Below, piece by piece: positions 50,331-61,031 of a stretch of 64,000 bases of DNA. The translations under genes and the position numbers were made by a program. Source of the stretch: Camelus ferus (taxonomy: Eukaryota); the NCBI RefSeq assembly GCF_009834535.1, contig NC_045724.1:23560001-23624000 (forward strand). Direction: 5' to 3'. The notes under the pieces are model-generated. The model was given only the letters and a program-made list of their open reading frames with translations, was not told the DNA's origin and ran no database searches. Each line of letters starts with the position of its first letter. Position 1 is the first letter of the stretch.

Positions 50331-52104
50331 GTTTCCCAACCCTGAGGAAGCCCCTTAGAACGCACCTCTCCGAAAATGGTAAGCGCTGGGGTGGAGCAGC
50401 TTCTTGCTTTGTTTTTGTTTTTTTATCAAGGTAGACCCACAGAAACCTAAATCTGGTCTTGGCAAGAGTTTCGTACAAGAAGAAAGGAAGGATGGTCTAT
50501 CTAAACAAAACTGCCGTTTCCAGGTACTATTACAAAATGCGCTTATCTACAAAGCCGTTCTAGCTGTTGCCTTGGGTCATTTTTAGCACCTGGTTTCAAG
50601 ATGTGGTTTCAGCCGACCAACACAGAAGCGTTAGATGGCTTTCTCTCTCTCCCCCTCTTTCTCTCTCTCGTCTTCCTTGTCTTACAGGGCAAAGATCCTG
50701 CTACTTTATTTAACCTACCAGTTTCTTGAACGGCTTTCTGGTCTTGCGTTCCCAGAACGTTCACTCTGATCACACGGACCGCTGGGGGAGCCAGGTCGCC
50801 CGCAGCCAGCACAGGCTGGCCTCCATCGTCACTTGTTCATTCTCAGGTAAATGGAGAGAGACCCCACGCGCCCTCCTCCCCTGTCCTTCCTGATGTAAAG
50901 CAAGCGGAAGTCTCTCGGGACCGTCCTCTGCGCCTTCCCATCCCACACTGCAGATAGTCTCCATAAAAATGATGTATTCGAGCAGCTTCGTTTCACCAAA
51001 ATGAGCCTATTTTTAACATTTTTGCCTAAAGGCTTGCTTTCCCGCGTTTTTAGCTGTAAAGGAGTTTGCTGATGTCTCATGCTTTCATCATCTCTCCTGC
51101 CGCCCAGCCAGCTTTGGGACCAGAGGGAAGTCAGTGAGCCCTCTGCGGCGGGGTTTACAGGTTTCCCCGGTGGCACTGGAAGTGCTTCACACATTTAATT
51201 CCTGTATCTTTTCTTACAACCTTTGAGTGTCTGCATGTTTCCATGAGGCTAGTTTTGATCATTTGGATTTCAGGGTAAGTACTGCATAGACCACCAGCGT
51301 GATGCCAGCGTGTTATCTTGGTTTTATCTCGCTGTCATTACTTCAGAGGGTATTTTAATTTGGACAACACACCGTACGGAAAAAAGAGCGCTTCAGAACA
51401 GGTATTCAAAGAGACGAGCTGCGAATAAGCAACTGCACACTTCGCCCACTTTCCATGGTGACGCACAGCTGCATGCTCTGCTCACTGGATGTGACCTTAT
51501 GTTCAGTCCCTGGGTTAAGATGAGACTTTTTTTTTAAGTTGCCTGCTGTTACTTAGGATTCAAATGGCAAGTGGGAATGTGTAATAATCTGCCCTAGTGA
51601 CTCCCAGCAAGGACTGCATAGTGGTGCGAAAAACTGTGAGTTCTCAAAATGTACCAGGTGTAAACTAACTCACTTGGCTTCCAACTCCAATCTCCACCCC
51701 CCACCCATCTCCTCTATGGGGGTATTTCTGGCTTTGTTTTCTCCAGAGGTATCACATGTGCCTGTGGGCTTAACGGCCAGGGAGCTGAAAGGATTCACCC
51801 CTTTCCTTACGTGCCCCTCGGTAATCCGGTCGCCTCACGCTCCCCCATCCTTCACAGAAGTGAACGGCGCCAAGCCTGGATGCTTTATTGAACCAAGCTG
51901 GAGCACGTCGCACCCCATCGTGACTTTCTTGACCACTAGGCTTTTAATTAGCCCTTAAATTATGTTTTCTAACCCATCCAGATACAGGCATAACCATCCA
52001 CCCCCAAAGTCATGGAGACAAATTCACCTCCCCTGCTGCGGTCGTTGCAGACGATGCACCCACAGGCATGAATCTGAAAATGGCACAGAGACGCCGTCAG
52101 TTAA

Positions 52105-52230
52105 AGCTGGATTTCTCAAGCCTTAGACTTTTAAAAGCAGATTCCCAGGCTCCCTTCCAGCATGGACTGATGCAGTTAGCCTAGGGCGATGCCCGAGTGT
52201 CTGCGTGTTAATAGCTATGGCGAGGGATTC
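52105..52230. mobile_element. MER5A-like (hAT-Charlie) fragment
   Basis: ttctcaagcc...aaaagcagattcccaggctccc...ctagggcgatgcccgagtgtctgc resembles degenerate MER5A. Confidence 0.45.
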
Positions 52231-52815
52231 CCGTGCAGACACCCACAGGATTATCACTTCAAGGGAGGGCTAGTCAATCTTGCCATCAACGTTGACGACA
52301 CTGAGATTTTCTGTTGCCAATGCCTCGGGTTACGACCAGCTTGAGGAATCACCTTCTGAGAAGGAAAACACAGCCAGCCAACACAGCTCTAAATTATCCA
52401 ATTAAAGCTCTTCCACAGGCTCACAGGGGCAGAGAGGCTGGGGCTGTGGGTGCCCAGCAGGGCCACCTTCCCGCCCTCCTGGATCCATAGGGATTCATCC
52501 CCAAACTTGTGGCTTCATTTAGTGTTCTGAGAAGTTAGAGAGACAAAGAGCAAAGGGAAAGAGGAAAAGGAGCAAAGGACACCAGAACTTCCCCAGAAAT
52601 CCCAACAGATCCTGCTACGTCCCATCGACCAGAACTGTTTCACGCAGGCATCCCTGGGTGCTCACTGCCCCTCAGATCAAACCAGAATTCTGTCAGGAAG
52701 GCAGACTGGGAGGGCAGGTGATTGCAAGGGAATTGGCAGTGTCCGCCACACCAACTTCCATTTATTCGACTATAACCTTTTCTGCTGTCCTGCCACTGAC
52801 TTTGCTCTTGGACAG

Positions 52816-53311
52816 TGTCCACAAGGACCCCCTGACTGCCGGTTGCATGCACCTTCTGCTGTCGCCCAGCAGGACCCTACGGGCCTTCCTGAGACAGACC
52901 CCCTCCCTCTTCGCCTCCGCTGTAGCTCCTCACTGAAGTGCCCAGATAATTGTATCTCATGCATATTTCCTGAGTTTTTTCAGACGGTAAAAACCACCAC
53001 CAAATGAAAGAAATTAACTACTTGATGATCATGAGCATGTGGCCCCCAGACCTTCTGGCGCCTAAGGATTGATCACCGTCAACCAATCAGAGAATTGTGC
53101 ACAGCTGGTCACAGACCCTGGCAGCCCCACCCTCACCCAGCCTTTAAAAAGGCTCAGGTGAAACCCTGGAGAGAGTCTGGAGTTTCGGGAACACCGGCTG
53201 TCCGCTCTCCTTGCTCAGCCCAGCAGTAACCCTCTCTCTGCTCCAGACTCCGGCGTTCCAGGTTGTTTGGCCTCCCAGTGCCTCGGGCACAGGGACTTGT
53301 GTTCGGTAACA
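52816..53311 (+). mobile_element. ERV1-class 5' LTR (cetartiodactyl type); 5' boundary approximate
   Basis: CCAAT at 53083-53087, TATA-like TTTAAAAA at 53143-53150, R/U5 region, terminal ...gttcggtaaCA at 53311 followed by a PBS. Confidence 0.85.
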
Positions 53312-54190
53312 AATTTTGGTGAAACCAGTGCAGGAGTCTGTTCGCATGGCAGGTTGACCCCAGCTGGGGGCAGCCCCCCTTCCGGGGTCCCAGCAGCAGC
53401 CGGAGCTCACTTCCCTCCAGGAACTGGGAGGGACCCTCCCTGATGGGCACCGGCCGCCCTGGCCCGAGGCTGTTTGGAGCCAAGAAAATGTCTGGAGCTG
53501 CGTCCACACTCGGTGTCGCCAGGGGGTGAGTGGCTCCAGCTCGCGCAGGCTGGGAATTCTCCCCATCCACCTGGGCTCTTCCCACAGGGTAGGGAGCCGC
53601 TCTGGGTCTATTCTCTTTCGGGAGCTGGGCCCGTCTGTCCGGAGGCCTCTGTCTGGGAGTGGAGGTGGAATTTTCAGACGACACCTCCTCTGTCTGTGCA
53701 ACCGTAGCTCATTGGTTGGTTATGTGTTTGCGTGTGTGTGGTTTTGGGTTGAGCCGCTCCGGTCACACAGGATGGGACATTCTCTCCGCTCCACCTGGGC
53801 TCCTTCGCATGTGGGAAGTGAGCCATTCTGGGCTCCCCGGGAGCCACTTTGGGTCCGTTCTCAGAGCCAGGCCACTCTGGAAGCCTCCGCCTGGGAGCGG
53901 AACTGGAATCTGGGGGCTATGCCTCGTCTGATCTTTTGTGGGACCATGTTGAGTGTGTGTGTCAGTACCTGCACTGGCCGGGGAAGACGGCGTCGGTGAG
54001 CTCGCCTGTGACGACACCAGGGCATCCTTCCCTCCTGCTCTGGCTTTGCCTGCAGCGGAGCTGGACAGAACAGATGTCCCTTTAGGATGAGCCTTGGTCA
54101 CTCGTTCAGCTCCATCTCTGGTGGGGTGTTGGTGGGGGTTCTCCCCTTCTGGGGCATTGGCTGAGAATCTCATTTTGGGGACCAAGGAAC
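53312..54190 (+). mobile_element. ERV internal leader region, truncated before any gag ORF
   Basis: GC-rich leader with an internal ~224-bp duplication. No gag/pol ORF and no 3' LTR in the window. Confidence 0.7.
53317..53336 (+). other. Degenerate primer-binding site, closest to tRNA-Arg (TGGTGAAACCAGTGCAGGAG vs expected TGGCGAGCCAGCCAGGAG)
   Basis: Begins TGG five bases after the LTR end; CAGGAGTC continues the tRNA-Arg(ACG) complement as I recall it. Several mismatches and indels. Confidence 0.55.
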
Positions 54191-54529
54191 TGTGACCCTG
54201 AGAGGCTGTTCTGAATAGTTGCTGGCTTGATATTTGATAACACTGGCTGTAAATAATTCAGTAGGGAGGATCAGAGCTCTGTTCCACCTTCTAGTCCCCC
54301 TAGAGTATATTTTACAAAACTAGGAGATCTTCAGCCGTGCTCCCGTAAATGAGAGAAAGTGACATGTCCGTCTGTTTGGCTGCACAGTGCGTCAGGCACA
54401 CTAACTTGTGCTCAGTAACAATACTCTGCATTCATCTTCTTTGACTTCTCTGCTGCTTTTGACAATATTAAAACCCTCCCCCAAACTCTCCCCTCAGCCT
54501 TACTTCTCCTGAATACTGGACCCCAGTTC

Positions 54530-55375
54530 CACTGACCACCAGTGACAACTCCATATGGTTGCTTATGGGCACTTGACATTCAAAATTACCTAGATCAAAT
54601 TCATGACCTTTCGACAAGGACTTGCCTCTCTTCCCCAAGTCCTTTTCTTGGAGAATGGCATCTTGACCTAATTAGCCTCCAAGCTCGGATTCTTTTTGTT
54701 TTTAACACTTTCTTCCTTTCATCACTCACAGATCCAGGCCCATCTTTGTGTTTAACCATAGCAAATCCTGATTTGTTCTCAAATTTCCTGAATTACTTTC
54801 CTTCCATTTGCCCCTGACTACCTTGGTTCGGCCCCTCTGTGTTCTCCCAGGAACAGCCACCGAACTGCTCTCCACATTTACGGACAGCTGCTAGTTTCTG
54901 TTTTATAGCCCAGACTTAGTATTACAATGCCTTCATTTTTTTAAACTCCTGCGGCTCCCCATTGATTATAGACTACAATTCAAACAGCTGAGCCTGGTGC
55001 CGACAGCCACGCAAACTCTGGACCAAGCTACTCTCTTTGCAACTACATCTCAATTTTTCTTCCCAGATTCTGAAATCTGGCCACCAAATTCTTCAGTCCC
55101 AACCACACTAGACTCCCAGGCTCTTGCTGGAATAGCAATTATTCTTTCTGCTGCCGTCTCTTTTCTGAAGCTTTCTCAATACAATTAACATTCTTGTCTC
55201 AATATTTCCACAGCACTCTGTTCTACTCTTGGAGGAAAGGTTTTCAGAGTGTTGCATTTAAGGGTTTATTTCCCTGACTAAACAGAGTTCTTTCGAGTCT
55301 GTCCTTCTCTGTGATCATTCCAGCACCTAGTACAGTGCCAGGGAAACAGTAAAATGATTGTTGAAGGAATGAATC
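54530..55375 (+). mobile_element. L2 LINE 3' region
   Basis: gggcacttgacattcaaaattacc...ctcctgcggctccccattg...cattccagcacctagtacagtgccagggaaacagtaaaatgattgttgaaggaatgaat (L2 terminal motif). Confidence 0.8.
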
Positions 55376-55979
55376 GTATATTTGATTCTTCAAGACCAAA
55401 CCTCCCAAGCGCGTGATGATTATTCCCTGGACCAAGAGAGACAGCAAACTGCCATCCTGTGGGAATCCTTTCTCAAACGGGAGGGAGAAATCGAACTCCT
55501 TTTACAATCACATTCACCTTCTAGGGAGCCTGTGTCCTATTAAGAGAGGGGGGGGGGGCTACTGGGCTGGTTTTGTGCTGCAGGATGCTGTGATGGGACT
55601 GAACACGCAAAGGTAACCAGGAGCTGAGTTTAGGTGCAAGGGCGACAAAGAGCTAAACTGCTCAACCAGACACAGAATTGCAGATAACTGTGAGCGACAG
55701 AGGATATTTCACACAAAAGAGAGTGAGAGAGAGGAATTTAAAAGGAAGAAATATTGGAACTAGCAATTGACACGAGCCTAGAGGCTCTGGGAGAGGTGAA
55801 GGGTCCCCGCTGGTGGTTTTGGTATGTCCCCTAAGGAAACTCTCACACTCGTGTTCAAGGAAAAAAAGAGTGTTCACGCAGCACTTTGTGTGACAGCTCA
55901 GACTGAGAACAGCCTGAGTGTTCATTAGTGGGAAAACGGGAAAGTAGTGGGCTGTTCTTGCAATGGGGTGGTACAGAGC

Positions 55980-56372
55980 CACAGGCATTGATGTTGGATG
56001 AAAAACAAACCAAGTTACAGGATGTCATAGGCAGTTTGATACCAACTGTGTGACATTAAAACCCTGAAATATAATCATCTATACTGATTATGACCACGTA
56101 TATAAGTAAAAAAAGTATAAAACCAGGCATGGGAATAATAAACACTCAGGCGATGAAAGCAATAACGCGCTGGAGGAAGAGGTGGGCCACGGCCGGGGAG
56201 GGCTGCCCGGGAACCTCAGCTGTGTCAGCAACGTCCTACTGCTTCTAAAAGACGTATCCAAAAAAGTGTGGCATGAGGTTAGGATTCGTAAGTCTGGGTA
56301 GATGGGACACCGGCTCTCATTATATTATTAGCTATTTCTGCCTGTATATTTTAAATATTTCACAATTTGAAT
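55980..56372 (+). mobile_element. Old L1 3' end (L1MC/L1ME-type)
   Basis: gtgtggcatgaggttaggattc...ctgggtagatgggacaccggctctcattatattatt...tttaaatatttcacaat. Confidence 0.65.
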
Positions 56373-58335
56373 TTCCTCTGTTTTAATCCCAAATACAAAT
56401 AACATTAAGTCTATACACGCAAGGATTTATATGCATAATGTTTGTGGCCATCACGGAAAGGAGCTGAGTTCTACATCTGGGTCAGCCCAGCGGGAAAGAG
56501 TGACAGCTCGTGTGAAGTGACAGGATAATCAGAAACCTCCCCAAGCTGAGCAGACGTGCCCATGAAGGGTGGGAACCATCCTCCCACCCTCCCCAAGGGT
56601 GGATTCCCACGGGACACGCACCGGGGCTTTGAGCGGATCTACCAGGTCTTCAGAGTAAGTCAGTTTCAGATGACGTGCATGTTCACTGTCAGCCTTACTG
56701 GGGTCAGTAATAAAGAGCGAGTCTCAATCTTTTGGGCAGACATCCAACTGTGCCTTTAATAATCAGTAGCATTCTTCCTGTGTTTATTTCATTACAGTAT
56801 TACATTTCCCCCCTTATTCTTCCTGTCGGGGCTGAAGGAGGAAATGATAGGAAATTTTCCAGATTAGTATTTTCTAGCCCAAGAAAAGTTCTGACTCCAG
56901 CAGTCCTTGCTGTGAGCTTCATCGCATCCCGAATGGGGTAAAGGCTTATCTTCCAAGTTGTGTAAAAGAAGGCTGCTGAAAGTGAAGCCAGAAGATGGGG
57001 CGGCCTCCAACGGCCAGCTCAGAACCCTTTACCCCATCATTTCCTGGTCATATTAGTTTTTTCTCTAAGAGGGCTTGTTCCAAAGTCAGGCACTTCGGGA
57101 GCAGTTTGAGGCAGTCATATCAAAACAGGTGAAGACAAATCTTCGATACCAGCTAAGGTGCCCTCTGGATGTATCTACCCCATCCCCGAATCTTTCCCGG
57201 AGGCCAAGGCTGAGACCAGAGAAGCAGGTGGGTCCAGAGTAAGCCAAGCGCATGGATAAGGTGACAGTGTCTTGTTTCACATGCTATCTAGTAATTTGTT
57301 ACGAGCTGGAGTTTTTAGTTTTTTTTTTTTTAAAAACCCTGTCAAAATGGCTTCTGCAAAACTGCATCCCCATACTGAACGCACCCAAAAGGCCACATCA
57401 GGAGGGGAGGACCCACATTTTTGGGGTGCCTGGAAAGACAAGGGAGAAAGGGAAGGGGAAAAATCCTGAATGAACCACTGAAGCAGAAAACTGGCAAAAC
57501 TGGGATGAGGGGATGGTGGTGGCCGAGATGCTTTAGATGGTCTCGGGCCTCGGTCGTTCTGGTGAGCGTCTCCCACACACCTGTCCATCTCTGCCGAGCT
57601 TAGCCTGGGGCTCCACTCTTCTGAAGCTGCCAGGTGAGCAACTCAGGAAAATAACAACACTTAACTGGCCCCTCCTTTGTCCTCCTCTTCTTTTCTCTTC
57701 CCTCGCTTTTGGCCCCTTCCAAGGCCGTTAATGCTCAGGTGAGTCGCTTACATAGCCGAGAAGTCTGTCTCCGGCAGCTGTACGGGGAAATGCTACTTGG
57801 AGACCAAGACGATACCCACTGCTTTTACTGACAAGTGAGTGGCATTTTCTGTTCGTTTCTAAACCTCAGGCAAGAGGGTCCCTAGCTGGCATCTGGGGAG
57901 GGCCCTCCTGGCCTTTGGCTTTTACTTTGGGTTGTATTTGTGAGTTGCTAAACTGGGAGCAGTCTCAGGCTCTAGTTTAGCTGTGTATTTTAATAAAAGT
58001 GAAAGTTCAAAAGGAACTTTTTTTCCTACACACACACGAGAGCCCAGTTTCTCTCTCTCTCTTTCCCCCTTTCTTTCTGCCTCTCCTGTCTCATAAGTTA
58101 AAAAGTCACTTAGAAAAATAAATCTTTTTCCTTCAACCATGTGATGGAGAAACTATTGAAAAGCATGGTTTTAAGATTTTTTTTTTTTTTTTGGAAATTA
58201 ATGTCTCTTTAAGACGACTCATTATTCCAAACTAAATTCTAACCAGAAAGCTCCTTTACCATTCATGGGAGGTGGGGGAATGCCATTCTGAATAAAAACA
58301 GAAACTGATGCTTGCTGCCAAGGCACGCCTAATGC

Positions 58336-58349
58336 CCTGTAGGTGGCGC
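58336..58349 (+). promoter_or_regulatory. CTCF-type core motif CCTGTAGGTGGCGC
   Basis: 13/14 match to CCASYAGRKGGCRS. Binding not shown. Confidence 0.55.
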
Positions 58350-59269
58350 CTGGGGAGGGTGTCACAGCTCCCACCACAACTAGATTTCTGCGTGGGGAGC
58401 CAGTCAATTAGTTGTTTGAAGCTGGAGTCATATTAAGCTCATGTTACGAAACACTTTTGAAGTCATACTCCCCGGTGTTCTCATAACCAAGAGGCTGGAT
58501 AACCCTTGGGGTTACTTGAGGGCGGGGGAGCTTGAGATGTCTGTCTCTGGCTCTCAGTGCCGCGATCGCTGTGCCATGGGGCAGCCCAGCGCAGGGCGCA
58601 GCCGGTGCTGGTGCATCTCTCACCGTCAGACGCTCGCCGGGCGCCAGCCTCACCCCAAGGCCTCATCCCGGAAGAGCACCGTGGGCTCTTCTCCCCGGCA
58701 GCTGCAGTCACACTGCCATTTCCTGGGAAAACACCAAGCGTCTAGTTGGGCAGGGGGTTGACTTTCAGAGTCTGAACTGCTCATCCACACACAAGACAGT
58801 GTAGCTCAGCTCTAAAAATCAGCCCAGGTCCAAATGGCCTGAGTCTTAAGAAGAATGCAGAAGGGCCTCGTTAACCTAATAAAAATGAACATGTCTCCGC
58901 CCTACGCCAGTGTTTCTTTTGGCTCACGTGTTTGCAGTTGTATATCTTGGAGAAGAAACTTAATGAAAAATGCAGTCGATGCCAGTTGCTCCTGGTCCGT
59001 CTTGTGCAGGAAGAGAGGAGACTGTGTGCAGAGTCGAGGATGCTGCTCACATGGAAGGGTCTGTACCGGCCACGGACACTGGACGAGCTGTAACTTCCTA
59101 AGGCCGCTGGCAAGGCCTTAGGGGAAGCTTGTGAGGTTTTGTATCAAGAGGCCTGGACTCGAAAGGCACATCATACATCATGTGAGTCAAGAAATTCATG
59201 TGGACGGAAAGGGGGTGATACAATTACACCAGAACAGCGGAGTGACGGGGACCATGTGGAACAGACCGG

Positions 59270-59390
59270 AACGCTGGGCATCTTACTTGTAAGCCACGCA
59301 GACCACGGGGGCAGTTAGTTTACCTCCCAGAGCCTCCTTCTCCTCATCCACATAATCAGATAAAGAATTCCAACACCTCAGGGGTTGACA
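59270..59390 (+). mobile_element. MIR SINE fragment
   Basis: gggcagttagtttacctcccagagcctccttctcctcatccacataatcagataaag...acctcaggggttg. Confidence 0.6.
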
Positions 59391-59765
59391 GCAAGCATTT
59401 TCCAGGCTTGCTGCGTCTGTGAATTACACTTGGAAATGTCACTCAAGAGCAGGACGTCGCCACCCCTGGACCTGTCTGCAGACCTCCAGTTTTTACTTCA
59501 TGGAACAACCTCCCAGCGCTCTAGAGCTGGCCAGCTCTCCGTGGCCAAGGTCTCCCAGCCAAGATTCCTCAGGGAGGTGTCTGTTTCTCTGGTCGAAGAA
59601 CACATTTCCCTGTCCAAGTTCCGCAGAGCGATCACAACCTACTCTTAGAGGGAAAATGCTGGGTGGGTCATCTTAGGGCTGCAAACACTCAGGATGCTGT
59701 GGTCCTTATGGCCACACCCAGACCTGGCAGAAGATTTTAAATCACATTTTTAAAAAGCTTGTTTC

Positions 59766-60330
59766 AACTCTAATTCGAANNNNNNNNNNNNNNNNNNNNN
59801 NNNNNNNNNNNNNNNNNNNNNNNNNNNNNNNNNNNNNNNNNNNNNNNNNNNNNNNNNNNNNNNNNNNNNNNNNNNNNNNNNNNNNNNNNNNNNNNNNNNN
59901 NNNNNNNNNNNNNNNNNNNNNNNNNNNNNNNNNNNNNNNNNNNNNNNNNNNNNNNNNNNNNNNNNNNNNNNNNNTGAAGAAAGCTGGACAAAAAGGCAAA
60001 TATGATATCACTTATATGTGGAATTTAACAAATGATACAAATGAACTTATTTACAAGCCAAAAATAGACTCACAGACATAGGAAACAAACTTATGGTTAC
60101 CAAAGGGGAAATGGAGGGAGGGATAAATTAGGAGTTTGGGATTAACAGATAGAAAATAAACCAGCAGGGACCTACTGTACAGCAGAATACAGGGAACTGT
60201 ATTCAATGTCTTGTATTAACCTACAATGGAAAAGAATCTGAAAAAGAATAGATTTATACATATGTAGAACTGAATCACTTTGCTGTATGCCTGAAACATT
60301 GTAAATCAACTAGACTCCAATACAAAAACT
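59766..60330 (+). mobile_element. L1 3' end, partly N-masked (59780-59974)
   Basis: aactctaattcgaa before the Ns; aaatgaacttatttacaa...gggataaattaggagtttgggattaacagat...gaatcactttgctgtatgcctgaaac after them. Confidence 0.9.
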
Positions 60331-60679
60331 CTGAAGATAAAAACTCATTTCAAAAGCACCTCCTCTCCCAGACTGTGTCTGCCTCTGCACACCCAGAACG
60401 ACCTGTAAAGTCTGAGCACACCGGCAGAGCACACCTGGGCAGACAGAGCCATAGACCGTGTGGATATGGGAATAGATGTGAATGTATGTTACAGGGTGTG
60501 GCACAAACAGAGGAACTTGAACCCCAAAAGCAAGCAAATGTGTTGGTGGGAAGCAAAGAGTCCCTTGGGAAAGAGATGCACCAGGCTTTGCAAAAAACTA
60601 AGAGCTAAGTCACACAGGGATGTGTGTTGGATGGTGTGAGGCCGCCCCACCCTCTCCCTGCACCACTCAGGCACTGGTC

Positions 60680-61031
60680 CTCCAGCACTGAGAGTGTTAG
60701 CTTCTCGGATCCCAGCTGAATCGCTCTCTGAGAATTGCTCTGCCCTGCGCAAGTTCATGGTGCCTCCCAGAGACAACACACATCTAATGGCTGGTGTGTG
60801 TGGTTGCCTCAAGTCAGAAAAATCTCTGCAGGACTGTCCCTGCCCCCGAGGTCCCAAGGGACCAGGGCCAGTGGCGGCCTGGGGGGACTGCGCCACGGTC
60901 TTCCCTCTGCCTAAGTCCTTCCTCCTCCATCCTGCACAGGGGTGGACTCCCAGAGCCCTCCCCAGCAGCCACATTCTTGCACACAAAGCCCCGTTCCAGG
61001 CCCGGTTTCCTAGGAAACCCACCCTAAGACA
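60680..61031 (+). mobile_element. ERVL solo LTR (LTR33/LTR16-like); 5' boundary uncertain
   Basis: 3' end ttcttgcacacaaagccccgttccaggcccggtttcctaggaaacccaccctaagaCA resembles the recalled LTR33/LTR16 terminus. Confidence 0.6.

Larger units (their letters stand above)
9467..59974. other. Ten N-blocks: 9467-9694, 19342-19537, 19919-20066, 39376-39638, 39708-39863, 41901-42040, 43305-43453, 43595-43922, 44727-44963, 59780-59974
   Basis: Counted directly; lengths range from 140 to 328 nt. Nothing inside them can be annotated. Confidence 0.95.

Noticed and set aside
53144-54185. Long overlapping ORFs (140-185 aa) as genes or Gag
   Set aside because: They lie in GC-rich ERV LTR/leader DNA, occur on both strands, and lack Gag/Pol motifs.
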